From Camelus dromedarius (lineage: Eukaryota): a DNA stretch of 64,000 nucleotides. The notes under the pieces were generated by a model. It was given only the letters and a program-made list of their open reading frames with translations. It was not told where the DNA came from and did no database searches. Positions 1-12,084 of the stretch are shown here, in pieces. Where the stretch lies: assembly GCF_036321535.1 (NCBI RefSeq), contig NC_087437.1, forward strand, positions 8,866,001 through 8,930,000, in the 5' to 3' direction. Positions within the stretch are counted from its first letter, which is position 1, and each line of letters opens with the position of its first letter. The translations under genes were made by a program, and so were the position numbers.

Positions 1-2040
1 CTGATTCTCCTTCAACACAGGATGTCTTTCCATCTGTTTATGTCTTCTTTATTTTCTTTCATCAATGTCTTGCTATTTTCAGTGTATAGATCTTTCACCT
101 TCTTGGTTGAATTTATTCTTAAGAATTTTATTATTTTTGATGCTATTTTAAATAGAATTGTTTTCTTCATTTCTTTTTCAGATAGTTCATTGTTAGTGTA
201 TAGAAACACAAGTGATTTGTGTATGTTGATTTTTTGTATCCTGAAGTTTTACTGAATTCATTAATTAATTTTAATACTTTTTAGTGAAGCCTTTAAGATT
301 TTACATATATAAAATTATATCATCTGCAAACAGACAGCTTTACCTTGTGGATGACTTTTATTTCTTTTTTTTTTAACCTGACTGCCCTAGCTAGGACTCC
401 TAGTATTATGCTGAGTAAGAGTGGGCATCTTGTCTTTTTTTTTTTTTTGAGGGGATGGTAATTAGGTTTATTTATGTATTCTTTAACATTCATAATGAGG
501 ATTGAACCCAGGACCTCATGAATGCTAGGCAAACACTCTACCACTGAGCTATTCCTTAGTCCCTAGCATCCTTGTCTTGGTCCTGATGTTAGAGGAAAAC
601 TTTCAACCTTTGACCATTGAGTATGTTGTTACCTGTAGATCTGTTATGTATATGATCTTTATATGTTGAGGTATGTTCCTTATATATCCAAATTATTGTG
701 AGCTTTTATCATGAAAGAATGTTGAATTTTATCAAATTCTTTTTTTTCTGCACCTATTGAGATGATCATATGATATTTACTTCCATTTTATTAATGCAGT
801 GTATCACATTAATGATTTGCATATGTTGAACCCTCCTTGCATTCCAGTGATAAATCCCATTGGGTCATGATGTATGATCCTTTTAATGTGCTGTTGAATT
901 TGGTTTGCTAGTATTTTGTTGAGAATGTGGCCATCCACAATCAAGGGATACTGGCCTTAAATTTTCTTTTCTTGAAGTGTCCTTATCTGGCTTTGGCATC
1001 AGAATAATGCTAGTGTCATAAAATGTTTTGGAGTGTTCCTTCACTTTTTTTTTTTTCAATTCCTCTTTTCTAACTTCAGTTTCAGAAAGTTTGGTGTTAA
1101 ATATTTGAATGTTTCATTGAATTTACTAGTGAAACCATCTGATTCTGGGCTTTTCTTTGATGGGAGATTTTTGATTTCTGATTTAATCTCCTTGTTTTTG
1201 GTCTGTTAAAATTTTCTATTTTTTCATAATTCAGTCTTGGTAGTCTATTTGTATGTTTCTAGGAATTTATCAATGTCTTCTAGGTTATCCAATTTTTGGC
1301 ATATTATTGTTCATATTCTCTTTGATCCTTTGTATTCCCTTGTGTCAATCATAATGTCTCTTTAAATTTTGACTGTATTTACTTGAATCTTCTCCCTTTA
1401 TTTCTTAGTCTAACTAATGGTTGGTAAGTTTTTTATCTTTTTTAAAAAAACAGATATTAATTCCATTGATCATTTTAATTATTTTTCTGATCTCTTCTGT
1501 TTTTTCTGCTCTTTGTTGTTTCCTTCCTTCTGCTAAATTTGGGCTTAGTTCTTTTTCTGTTTCCTTGAAGTGTGAAGTTAGGTTGTTTATTTTAGATCTT
1601 TCTTATTAATGTAGGAGTTCATCACTATAAACCTTCCTCTTAGAACTGCTTTTACTGCATCCCATAAGTTTCGGTATGTTTTGTTTCCACTTCATTTGTC
1701 TCAAGATATTTTTAAAATTTCCTTTTGATTTATTCCTTAACCCATTAATTGTTCAGTAGCATGTTTTTTAGCCTCCACATACTTGTGAATTTTCTGGTTT
1801 TCTTCCTGTTATTGATTTTTTAGTTCATACCATTGTTGTCAGAAAAAATGCTTAGTATGATTTCAGTCTTCTTAAATTTGCTAAGATTTGTCTTGTGACC
1901 TAATGTGTGATTTATCCTGGAAGATATTTCATGTGCACTTGAGAAAAATTGTGAATTACAATGCTTTGGGTGGGGCGGAATGGTCTGTGTGTGTCTGTTA
2001 AGCCATTAGGCCTGAAGTGTAGTAATGTTTCCTTATTGAT
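1..2040 (-). mobile_element. Decayed L1 ORF2 fragment (old L1M-type)
   Basis: Minus-strand translations contain L1 ORF2 motifs (e.g. VKDLYTENSKTLMKENKEDINRWKDILC at 12-209; RCPLLLSIILGVLARAVR). Many stops and frameshifts. Confidence 0.9.
436..565 (-). mobile_element. Vic-1-type tRNA-Ala-derived SINE inserted in L1
   Basis: Reverse complement has A box (tagctcagtggtagag), B box (ggttcaatcc), the ataaacctaattacc tail and poly(A). TSD gcatcttgtct (425-435) / gcatccttgtctt (566-578). Confidence 0.88.
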
Positions 2041-2109
2041 GACTATGACTCATACACGAAAGATCTCATAGATAAAACAATCTGTTTTAAGTTAGTAACA
2101 ATCAGCTAG

Positions 2110-2835
2110 TGTTGATAAATACTTGGCCTATGGTAGTTGGCCTGGCACTCGGCCCTGCTGGGAGCCTGGGTTCATAGGTGCCCACCTGGAGCCTGTGTTT
2201 GCAGGGGCTGATTGAGAGCCTTGTGTCCTGGGAACCAGACAGGGATGGGGGAGCTGGTCAGTGCCAGAGTGGGTTGGGAGCCTAGATTTGCTGAAGCCCA
2301 CTGGAAGCCTGGTATCACAGGAGCTACCTGGGCTATGGAAGCTGGCAGATGCCAGAGTGAGCCAAGGGCCTGGATTCATGGGGGCCTCCTGGGAGCCTGG
2401 TGTTGCTGAAGTCACCTGGGGCCACCTGGGGTCACTGGAGCCAGCAGGTGCCCAACTGAGCCAGGAGCCTGTCTTTGCAGGAGTCCACTGGAAGGGTCAC
2501 CTAGGGCCCCAGGTGTCAGCGTGGTGCTGGGGCATTAATGAGGGGTCCTGTTATGAAGCTGATCCTTCACTTCACTCTCTTTCTCCCATAGAGGGAGTAT
2601 CTCCATGCTGGGCTGTTCGGACTTGGTGAAGGGGTGATGTGGGTAATACAAATCTATGTTTCCTACCTTCCTCAAGGCTGCTTATCTCTGTGCTTCACTC
2701 AGGTGCTATAATCTCTCACCTGGAATCCTTAACTCTCATGATGGCATTTTCGTGCCCAGATAATTGTTCAAATTGATGTATGTGGGATGAGTTAGGCTCT
2801 AGAAATTTCTATACCTCCATTTTTCAGATAACAGT
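2110..2835 (-). mobile_element. L1 5' UTR remnant with internal degenerate repeats
   Basis: The end at 2775-2835 matches the reverse complement of the L1 5' terminus also seen at ~38010. Repeated ggagcctg units lie at 2160-2480. Confidence 0.65.
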
Positions 2836-3549
2836 CTTGCCCCCAAATCCCAATTTCAAGATGGGTAAAAGGCATGAGTACACATGGCAGAGTACGGGCA
2901 ATGAATGGCATGTTCTGAATAGAACCCGGGAGCTCATTTGGTTTGGTGGGAGCCGGCGGCTACCTTCCGACTAGAAGGACTGGACGCAAGCAGCTTCCTA
3001 TAAGTTCAGTAGCTTCCTATATCTGAAAGTGGGTTCCCCTCTTTCCAAAAGAAGCACTCTCAGAGAAGGGCAGCAGCTACCTAGTGTTCTTATTGCTGGA
3101 GACCTGGGTTCAGTACGGACCACTGTGAAAGCAAAATATATGTCATTATCACCCCTCCTTTATAAAACAAGAATTATATCAATTCATGAAACCTTGATTT
3201 GACAAGAAACAGCCCTCCCAACGTCCCAGTGGTTAATTATTGTTAAGGTAATGGCCATGCAGCCACGATTCTGACATCAGGCTGTGTGGCACTTCTAGTT
3301 TTTCCACATACTAAGAGTTTTTCTGGTTTTACTTATGTTTTCATTAGGATGTAATTGGAGGTTGAAAGCCACATGGCCTATTATCAAGTTTCTGTTTTTC
3401 ACCTTCATTCTAACTTGAAGTGTAAAAAATAAAGATCTCTAAGTGCAGGCAAGATGCATTTTCCTATTTCTGGGGGTGAAAAAGGAGAACAACTCCGTTT
3501 AACCACAGTAGGGTTGATTTTGACTTGGCATTATTAAGACTGTGTTAAA

Positions 3550-3895
3550 TACCAGATGATATCACTTATATGTGGAACTTAAAAGATGACACAAATGAAC
3601 TTGTTTACAAACCAGAAACAGACTTATAGACACAGAAAACAAACTTGTGGTTACCAAAAAGGAAAAAGGATGAGGGAGGGATCAATTAGGAGTTTTGGAT
3701 TAGAGGATACAAACTATTATATAAAAAATAGATAAACAACAAGGACCCACTGTATAGCACTGGGAACTATATTCAATATCCTGCAATAAACCATAACAGA
3801 AAAGAACCTGAAAAAGAATATATATATAACTGAATCACTTTGCTGTACGCCAGAAGCTAGCACAATATTGTAAATCAGCTATACTTCAATAAAAA
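3550..3895 (+). mobile_element. 5'-truncated cetartiodactyl L1 3' end
   Basis: atgatatcacttatatgtggaa...aaacttgtggttacc...tgtatagcactgggaactatattc...cagctatacttcaataaaaa is the typical artiodactyl L1 3' UTR. Confidence 0.88.
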
Positions 3896-4524
3896 GGCCT
3901 GCCTTCATGGTCTTAGATGCAAACACACTGAAGGAGGCTGCTGAGAGAGACCGACATGGCTCCGTCTGCAGAACTCTTTGAGAAAAGGAGGTAACAGGCT
4001 ATAATAGCGCTTCACTGTCAAGGAAGATAGTTCCAGGAAACAGCCAGCCAAGATAAAACGGAGAGAGAATGCTTCTCTTTAGGCCTTTGAAAGAGTTAAA
4101 TTGACCCGTTCCAGGTCTTTCTAGAGCAGGGTTACCCCCCAGGTGAAACAATTCCAAGCCTCTTTTCTCGCCCCTACCCTCCGTGTGGGCTCCCAACTGT
4201 AATCCCTTCCGTTGTCCACAGGGAAGCCCTGAACCTCGGTAACGTGGGCTGGTGTCAACTGCCTCTTTGACTTGCCTAATCCATCCATAACAGCCTCTGG
4301 GGCCAGGATGAATGAGGAAGAGGAGTCAAGTGTTCACCCTGCTCTGTCTCATTCATACATTTTATCAGCGGCTTCTACTTTGTCATTCATAAAATGGCTT
4401 AAAATAGTGTCGTGAGTAAATTTTTTTTTTGAAATGTAAAGCTCTGAGAAATTGGCTCAGGTGTCTCACTGAGGGTGGGAGTAATAGGGATGGAGTTTCA
4501 GGCTTCCTCCGCCTGCCTTTCTTT

Positions 4525-4900
4525 TCTTAAACAGCTTTATAGGTATAGCTCACGTATAATATACACGTTACCCATTTAAGCCGTACAATTCCATGGTTTT
4601 TAGAATATTCACAGATACATGTGACTGTGACAGCAGTTAATTTTCAAATATTTTTATCACCTCAAAAAGGAACACGATGACTTTCAGCCACCACCCCTGA
4701 TGTCCCTCCTGCCACCCCAGCTCCAGGAAACTGCTAATCTACTTTGCGTCTCTATAGATTTTCCTCTTCCGGAAATTTCATTTGAACAGGATCACATTAC
4801 ATGCTGTCTTTTGTGACTGGCTTCGTTCACTTAGTATGTTTTTACATGTTATAACATGTATTTCTTTCCTGGTTATGGCTGAAAATGATTCCATTACAAG
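4525..4900 (-). mobile_element. L1MB-type 3' end
   Basis: aacagctttataggtatagctcac...gtacaattccatggtttttag...ctaatctactttgcgtctctatagattt...ttttgtgactggcttcgttcacttag. Confidence 0.8.
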
Positions 4901-5319
4901 GGCCTTTTTAAAGTATGTGCTTCTAAGCACATTTTTATTTGAAATAAGCACGTGTGTATCCTGCACTAACTAAAAATAAATATATTTGTTTTACACTGAA
5001 AACAGTGATTTGAATCGAGGTGATATAAACAGCTCTGAGTCCACCACAAATCTGATGTTCTTCGAACCTGAATTTCATCTTTTCTGTAACCAGAGAGCCA
5101 AGTAAATACTCCTGGTGAGCAGGTGATCCAACTCCCCTTACAGAACTAAAGAGAAGTTGAGTCGATGTGTGGTCACCCCTGGTATTACCTTCATTTTGAA
5201 GGTCACTGACCCACTGAGTCACCTTCCTGAACAAAATGCAGGATCCAGAACTTTCCCTGATATGTCAGATCTCTTGAAAACCACCAGGTGAGACCGAGTC
5301 TGTGTTTTCTAGAGTCCTT

Positions 5320-5530
5320 CCATTCAGACTGGAATCCTGGTTCCACTGCTCTCTATCTCTGGGACCCGGGGCAAGATACTTACCTATTCTAAGCTGCTCA
5401 TCTGTGAAATAAGATAAAAATTATACCTGATCATACGGCTTTTTGGGGAGACAGTTTAATGAGAAAATGTATGTGAATTACAGGCACAGTTTCTGGAGTA
5501 TTCAGTGCTTGCAGGAAATTAATAAATCTG
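5320..5530 (+). mobile_element. MIR SINE
   Basis: gaatcctggttccactg...gggcaagatacttacc...ctcatctgtgaaataagataa core. Confidence 0.7.
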
Positions 5531-5991
5531 TGTTGCTATTCTTCATATTATTATTAACTTCATTATTATTATTATTCACACATGAACCCCAATGTATAGC
5601 ATGGACCTTATTACATATTAATTGCCTCCCAAAATATTTGTTTAAATGAAGAAACAGATGAATTAAGGAGCCTCCCAAGACAGGGGAACTCTTAGATTTT
5701 TTTCACCTTATTAAACGTAGACGTCACAACAGAGTTATCCATTTGCCATGAGTCATTTGGGGAAGCCAGTGGGAGAAGGTCTTCTCAATGACAAAAGTGA
5801 CTATAAACGGGGAGATGTGTGAACTTCTGTCTCGAGTCTCTCATTGCCATCTCTGGGCATAGAGAGGATGTCGTGATGTTTCATTTCTATATCAATAAAT
5901 ATGTGGTGAAATCACATCCTTTCCCTTCCTCCGGTGGTGAGATGACATCAGAATCCTTGGAACCATTTCCTCTAGAACCAACTGGCATTGA

Positions 5992-6003
5992 TTTTTTCTT
6001 TTC

Positions 6004-6040
<37 letters not shown>

Positions 6041-6042
6041 TT
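5992..6042. repeat. (TTTTC)n / poly-T simple repeat
   Basis: Seen directly. Confidence 0.95.
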
Positions 6043-6934
6043 GAAGCTGCCCTTCCTGGGGACTCAGTAAATTCACAAAGTAAAGGAAGCAATAATTCTC
6101 TGGCTAAGAAACCGGCTGCAGTAAAGCCATGTGTTCCTTCAAAGCCCACTGGTAGAGCACAGAGCCATCCTGACAAAAACGCTGACCCCATGCCGCTTAA
6201 AACTGTTGGTGTCTGGGGAGGAGGAGTCTGGGGTTCCATCTCTGTATTCTTGTTGCTTTTAAGTTCCTGTAGGTGTGTGTCTTCCATTTGATTGTCAAAG
6301 TTATAGGCTACCTTGATTTAAGACAGGATAAGTCCGGAGTTGACTTTTAGGAATAAATCGCAGTTTATCAAAGCCTTGCTTTTTCCTTGCACCTTATTTT
6401 GGATACACAACAAAACATAAAATGGGAACTTTCCCCCGAATAGTAGGATTTTCCAAAAATGACACAGTTCAGCCCTGTTCTCTGAACCCTGAATCTAAGC
6501 AATTTGGGAAGTTAAGTAGATAGTTTTTGAACAAGCATGGGAGTGAAATTTTGGAATTTTATAAAGAGTATGAATGAAGAAGACAGAGCGAAATTGTAGG
6601 AGGGAAGGGCTCAGCTGACCTCAGCTGTGTCTAATCCCCTCTCTCCAGTGCCTGGGGGCCACCAGGTCTCTCCTGGGACTGAGGCTATCCCCACCCTGCC
6701 CGTTCCTTGTGGTCACCACACACCCCTGGCTAGAATGGGGACAATGGTCAGCCAAGATAAATGTGTAGTCTTTCAAAAGGCATGTTTTAGGGCAAAGAGA
6801 AGAGGGGGACTAGAACACAACTAAATTAAAGAAAACTCATCTTTCACCTGACAGAACAGAGAAAATATAAAACCATGACGGTATCGGGGAGGGGGGCACG
6901 GAGATAGATTCCTCATTCTTGGTGTGGCCGTAGA

Positions 6935-6950
6935 CTGGCTGGCAGCCAAG
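6935..6950. promoter_or_regulatory. NFI-type site TGGC-N5-GCCAA
   Basis: ctggctggcagccaag matches the NFI bipartite consensus, in non-repeat DNA ~1.4 kb upstream of the CpG-rich region. Confidence 0.35.
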
Positions 6951-7132
6951 CTTCAGCAGAACGTACCCTAGTTACTTCGCTTGGTTTCCCTGAAATGTCT
7001 GCACTTACCCCGAAACCGTGTTTGCCTTGGGCTTTTATAAGGGCTCTCTGTGAGCTATTTGCCGAGGTTTGAAGCTGAATCGTGGGTGTTACCCTCTTGG
7101 AGCCTCTGTGCTATACGTGATCCCTCTTGTAG

Positions 7133-7242
7133 GTGTTGCTTCAATCGTGGATTCACTAAACTCTGGTTGTGTGATCTGTCTAGGTCACAAGTCCATCAAC
7201 AATCATAGACTGAAATTCTAAAACCTATCATGGAGGGCCATG
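7133..7242 (+). other. Candidate exon A (110 nt) with possible start codon at 7230
   Basis: Acceptor tccctcttgtag|, donor CATG|GTGAGT. ATG at 7230 in strong Kozak context (A at -3, G at +4), in-frame TAG upstream at 7206-7208. Encodes MEGH plus a phase-1 G. Confidence 0.35.
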
Positions 7243-7834
7243 GTGAGTATGCTTGCTATCATCTTCATAGTTATTAGTAGAGGATCTTGCATAACACAGG
7301 ATCTCAAAAAGAATGGTACATATTTGTTTTGTTACTAAGGCTGATTAAACATCTATCTCTTCCCATGGCTGAGCTTTACCACCTATTAGGAGGTTCTAAG
7401 GTTCCAGCTTCTGGTTTTCAAAGCATAGGCAACCGATACATTCCTGTGAATCACATCTCTTGTTTCTGTTTACTGCCTGTCATTTCCAGTGTAGTTCTTG
7501 CTGGTACCCCATGAAACATCTGTCACGCTCCTTTCAGAGTGAGGTGCACAGTAGGCATTTCAGTCTTTCCATCTCCAACACCAGCGCTCACTGTTCCCCA
7601 TCTCAGAGATGCTGGGGCAGCTTTTATTCTTCTGAGGACGTGACTACTTATCAGAAATGCAAAGGAAATGAATGTGTAGAGTCAAATTATATGTCAGTTC
7701 CACTCCCCGCTTCCAGGCTTCATCGTCCAATAGTTGTCTGATCCACATTCACATTTCACTTTTCTATATTCCATTGGCATTGACTCAAATACAGAGTAAT
7801 GCCATAGAAGATTTTAGAAGGAAAACAGAGTGCA

Positions 7835-8060
7835 TGTAGCATAGAACGGAGGTGGCTGAAGAGACCACGCATCCGGGGCTCAGATCAGCATGGAATCTTC
7901 TCTAGTCCCTGGTTATAGAATTATAAGCAAGTCACCTGACACCTATAAATTGCACTTTCCTTATCTATAAAATGGAAATGGTATTTACCTTACCTGTAGT
8001 CTAAAACTCTAGTGATATAAACAATAGCAAAGTACTTGGTAAGCGATTGAATAGTGTATA
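7835..8060 (+). mobile_element. MIR SINE (diverged)
   Basis: gcaagtcacctgacacc...tttccttatctataaaatggaaatggtatttacctt core. Confidence 0.6.
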
Positions 8061-8339
8061 CCTTTTAGGATAAAGGTGGCCTGTTGGTTTGATACCATGT
8101 GTGTATATATTTCATTTGGTCAACGGGTGGCATCCAACAATGGGCTGTAGGCAACATAGATTCCCTTAAAACACTGACAGATCTGGAACCTCTGGGCCAG
8201 TGTCACTGTCGAATGACAATAGGTTGGCATTTGGGCTTGTAACCTGAAGTAAGAGATTCATGTCCCCCCTCTGCTCAGGACCCAGACCTGACAGCCCAGG
8301 ATATGATTAATCAGGGTTCAGAGCCCAGGAAGCAGCTCT

Positions 8340-9080
8340 CCGCACCTGGCAGAGCCTGACAAAGTCTTTGCAATCGATTAACAAAGTAGTGACTGATACG
8401 GTGTCTGTTCGGGGACTGGGGAGCGGGGCACGCACCTGCAACATCATTATTCAGAGCAGCTCGTTATCGGAGCTGACCTCGCACTGGGCTTTGCCTGTAT
8501 CTTGCTGCGGCGGAGCTCACTGGAGATGCACAGATCAATGCTGGGGCTGAGGCGTCGCGAGAGCAGTCGGCAGCAGCGAAAGCTAGTCCCTTCCACGCCG
8601 AGGTCAGCTTGGAGAGAAACGCCGCTCTGCGGGTGCCATGCCGTCCTCTCCTTCTGAGTCCTTTCACCTCTGCGTCAGGCGGCCCAGGCGTTTCTTGTCT
8701 GCATTCCCGACGGAGTTGTTTTCAGTTTTCCTTCAATTCTCCTTTCACCCTCGTGCTCACGAAGTCACCGGGATGGACCGCGAGCGAGTCAGCAGCTTTT
8801 CATTATTCTTTCGTTAAGATGTCAGTTCAGTTCTCCTCTCCTTCTTTTTGAATGGTCCGGGAGAGTCTGCCTCCTCCAGAACCTTCTTTCTCTCAAAGCC
8901 AGCTCTCACTCACTGGGTCTCTGATGTCACTCCCTCTGATGCCGCTCGGAGATTGTACCGCAAGGGACCACTTTCTCGCACCGACATTAGTCCCTGTCCC
9001 CCAGGCTCCAGTATCTTTGATGACTATTTACTGCCACCCCCAACACGGATTTTAGAATCAGATGGCGCTTCAGTCACGCT
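8340..9080. promoter_or_regulatory. CpG-island-like promoter region, possible first exon ending at 8602
   Basis: Densest CpG stretch of the window and repeat-free. Contains TCGCGAGA (8555-8562) and a possible donor GAG|GTCAGC at 8602/8603. Confidence 0.65.
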
Positions 9081-9559
9081 CCACCTCTGCTATTTAAGAA
9101 GAGGAGAAGCCTTTGCATGATTTAATTAACTCTTTCATTTCTTCTTTTTTGTAATGGCAATTATAGGGAGAGGAGCAGTGAGCCCTGTCTTATCTGGTTA
9201 CCTTCAAGCATTAAAATGCAATGAATTTCCGGGTGTGCTCTGAGCCTGTGACCAGCCAGGTAATCCCGGCTACAGTGAGCTTCACACACTTGGAGACCTT
9301 AGACCGGCCAGGGAGAAGGACATGAGGGGTCCCCCGAGACCCTCTGGAGGAAAACACATTCTCCAAACCACACTTCTCAGGGGGATCTTACTTGCCCTCT
9401 TACTTATCAGATCACCGTCCTTGAGTGCACATCTCCCTCGTAGGAAGTAATTGTAAGGATGGAGGAATAACACCTAGCTTCATTCACACACCAAAACTGC
9501 ACCTCAACGGGGGCGATGTTTGTAAGACACACTTTAGTCTTTGAAAAAAAAAAAAAAAG

Positions 9560-9785
9560 TGTTGATCAGGTGAGGTTCCCCAGGAAGTACCCTCTGGGTG
9601 GAAGTTTGGATTTAGTAAGTTTATTAGGAAAGGAAGGATGCAGGATTGAGCAGAAGGAAAGTTTGGCTCTGATGCAACACCAGTACCATTTCTAGCCAGT
9701 CCCATGGATAACAATGAATGGGAGAGCTGCCCAGAATTCGCCTACACATTGGGGCTGATGGTAGAATCTTTACAGCCCACGCTGA
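9560..9785 (-). mobile_element. LTR16-type ERVL LTR fragment
   Basis: caggtgaggttccccaggaag...gtttattagg...gcaggattgagcagaaggaaagtt...gatgcaac matches recalled LTR16C antisense. Confidence 0.7.
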
Positions 9786-11969
9786 AATTTCTAAACTCTT
9801 TCCAATTGTCGAACTCTTGCATAGCCTTCAACAAATTAGAATCTCTGCAGGACTTAATTTCCTTTTCAACAAAACAGGGGTGAGGATAAGTTACCTGCCG
9901 AATGTTTCATCCAAGATTTAGGATCTTGGGTTGTGCACCTTGCACAGATTTATGTGTTTGCTGAGAGGAGGAGGGGCCAGCCACGGCACCCACGTCCTGT
10001 GATTGCTGCTCCAGGGCTCTGTCTGCTGGTCCCCCCTGCCCTGCTGGGACTCTGCTCTCGGCTTTCAGAGACCACAGCATGTGAAAGCACTGGAGTGCAA
10101 TCAGAGAAAATGTCCCCAGGATACAGGTGTCCTTGGAATGTTTGGAGCTGCATGAATAACAATGACTTATTTGAGTAACATATTCATGTCACATATATCC
10201 TGAGATTTTTATTTTTTTACCCTGTCCAGATAGAGTGGTTTGTACTCCTAAAATGGAATCACACAGAGCAAACTTGGCAGGATTCTATGAGACACTCATG
10301 CCTGGGTTTTTAAACCAATTGTTGGCACAAACCTTTTTCTGGGGTATCCATACCGTTCTTGAAATTTATCTTACTGTATTAGCGAAAGACAAAAGCTGTA
10401 ATGTCCAATCAAGCATTTGTCACTCTTACATTACATGCCCAGCCTCTGGATATCTCAGTTACACTTTTTCCATCCTAGAGGGTTTGCAGAACCACTTCTG
10501 TCACCATGGGTAGCATCTTTTTCCCGATCTGTGGGGGTGACGTTGTGTTGCCTACCAATTTTCTTGTAATTTCAGCCAGCATTCAGAGCCCAAGCAGATT
10601 ACTTGAAAAATCAGGGGCTAGAGCTGACCCCAGTCAAACCTCATCAGTATTCAGCAACACAGGTCCGAGTCGAGCGAGAAAAGAGGTGAGACACGTGGGA
10701 AAGGGTTCTGATCGAAGAAGAGCAGCGAAGCAGAAAATAAGGACATTGCCAGGTTGTTTGGCCCCAATTTCACGTCCTCTCCAAGCTTTTATTACGACAA
10801 TAAAAGGTCTCCTGATCTACCTACATGCACCTTTCCTAATACTATGGTTCTGAAATTTTGGGAAACCTGGCTGTGTTGTTTATAAACTTTGGTTTTAGAG
10901 AAGGGAAGTGAAAATATGCATTAGGACCATCAATTCGAACAAAAGCGTGCTTGCTTCTAACTCCCTGACGTGAAAAAAAGGGCATAAGGCAGAAAGGAGG
11001 AGGAAGCAGCGTCTCTCACCAGTCCCTTTGTCCTTGACTGCTGTTCTTGAAAGCTCGGCTGTGAGCTGCTCTCTCCATTTGTTCGAACTTCTGACACCTT
11101 GTTGCATGTTCTCTTCTTATCTCAGATGCTTCTCTCTTAAAATCTTCACTTTGGACTCAAATCTTTTTGAGGGAATGTCTTAGAGCATCATATTGGTTTA
11201 AATGGCATAAATGCAGCCATTTTCTGCATTTATTTGTAGTCACAAATATTAGTAAATGATGTATTTTTCATTATTGGAAAGAGCCAGAGTTTTCTGGTCA
11301 CAACTGAGGTTGACGATAAACACTGAGTTTCACTTTTGTCTTCTCCTAATGTGCTGTTTTAGAATGAGCTGAGATGATGTCATCAGAGAAAAATGGAAAG
11401 TCCTTCATCTTCAAGTTCTGTCACCTCTTTATGGGAAGCCACAAGAGCCTATTAGTCAAATTCTACCACTTAGAGATGGAATAAAAGATTTAAAGTGAAA
11501 TTGTATAGACAGCCTTGTACATAGAGGCACCATCATAGTCGTAGAAGACATCAGCAGGCGTAATGTCTTGAGCTATAAAGCCAACAAACATTTTTTTAAA
11601 ATGAGAAAATCGTGTTAGATCTTTCCTACAATATTTGCGACAGGCTGATATGCATTGAACCAAACTGAAATTTAACATAACAGTTTTACCTGAAACCTTA
11701 AGTGATGTCAATTATAAGCTCTCTAAGAAGTCACCTCTCAAAGTGATCTTCATTCTCTTTCTGACATCAGTATGGCTCTAATCATCATTTAGACATCAGG
11801 TCTGTCCTCCCTTAAACAAACTCACAGATAAACAAAACCAGTGAAAGAAATCAGTTCAAACAGCAAAAATTCTTCAACCTCATTTTTTCCTCTTACCTAT
11901 TTTCTTCACAGCTACCCATTGTCTCTTTTGTTGAGAGTGAAAGATCCAAAAACAGAGTTTTCTAAGGTA

Positions 11970-12075
11970 GGATATTAACAGTTGGAGAAAGCAGATGTGG
12001 AGTATCTGGGAATTCTTTGTACTATTTTTCCAGTTTGCTGTAAATCTGAACCCATTCTAAAATAAAAAGTTTTCA
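11970..12075 (+). mobile_element. Old L1 (L1MC/ME) 3' terminus
   Basis: gggaattctttgtactatttttccagtttgctgtaaatctgaa...ctaaaataaaaagttt. Confidence 0.7.
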
Positions 12076-12084
12076 AATAGTGTC

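Noticed and set aside
2128..2629. Overlapping GC-rich ORFs (95-122 aa) resembling a Pro/Gly-rich protein
   Set aside because: Explained by degenerate repeats of an L1 5' UTR; no splice or start context.
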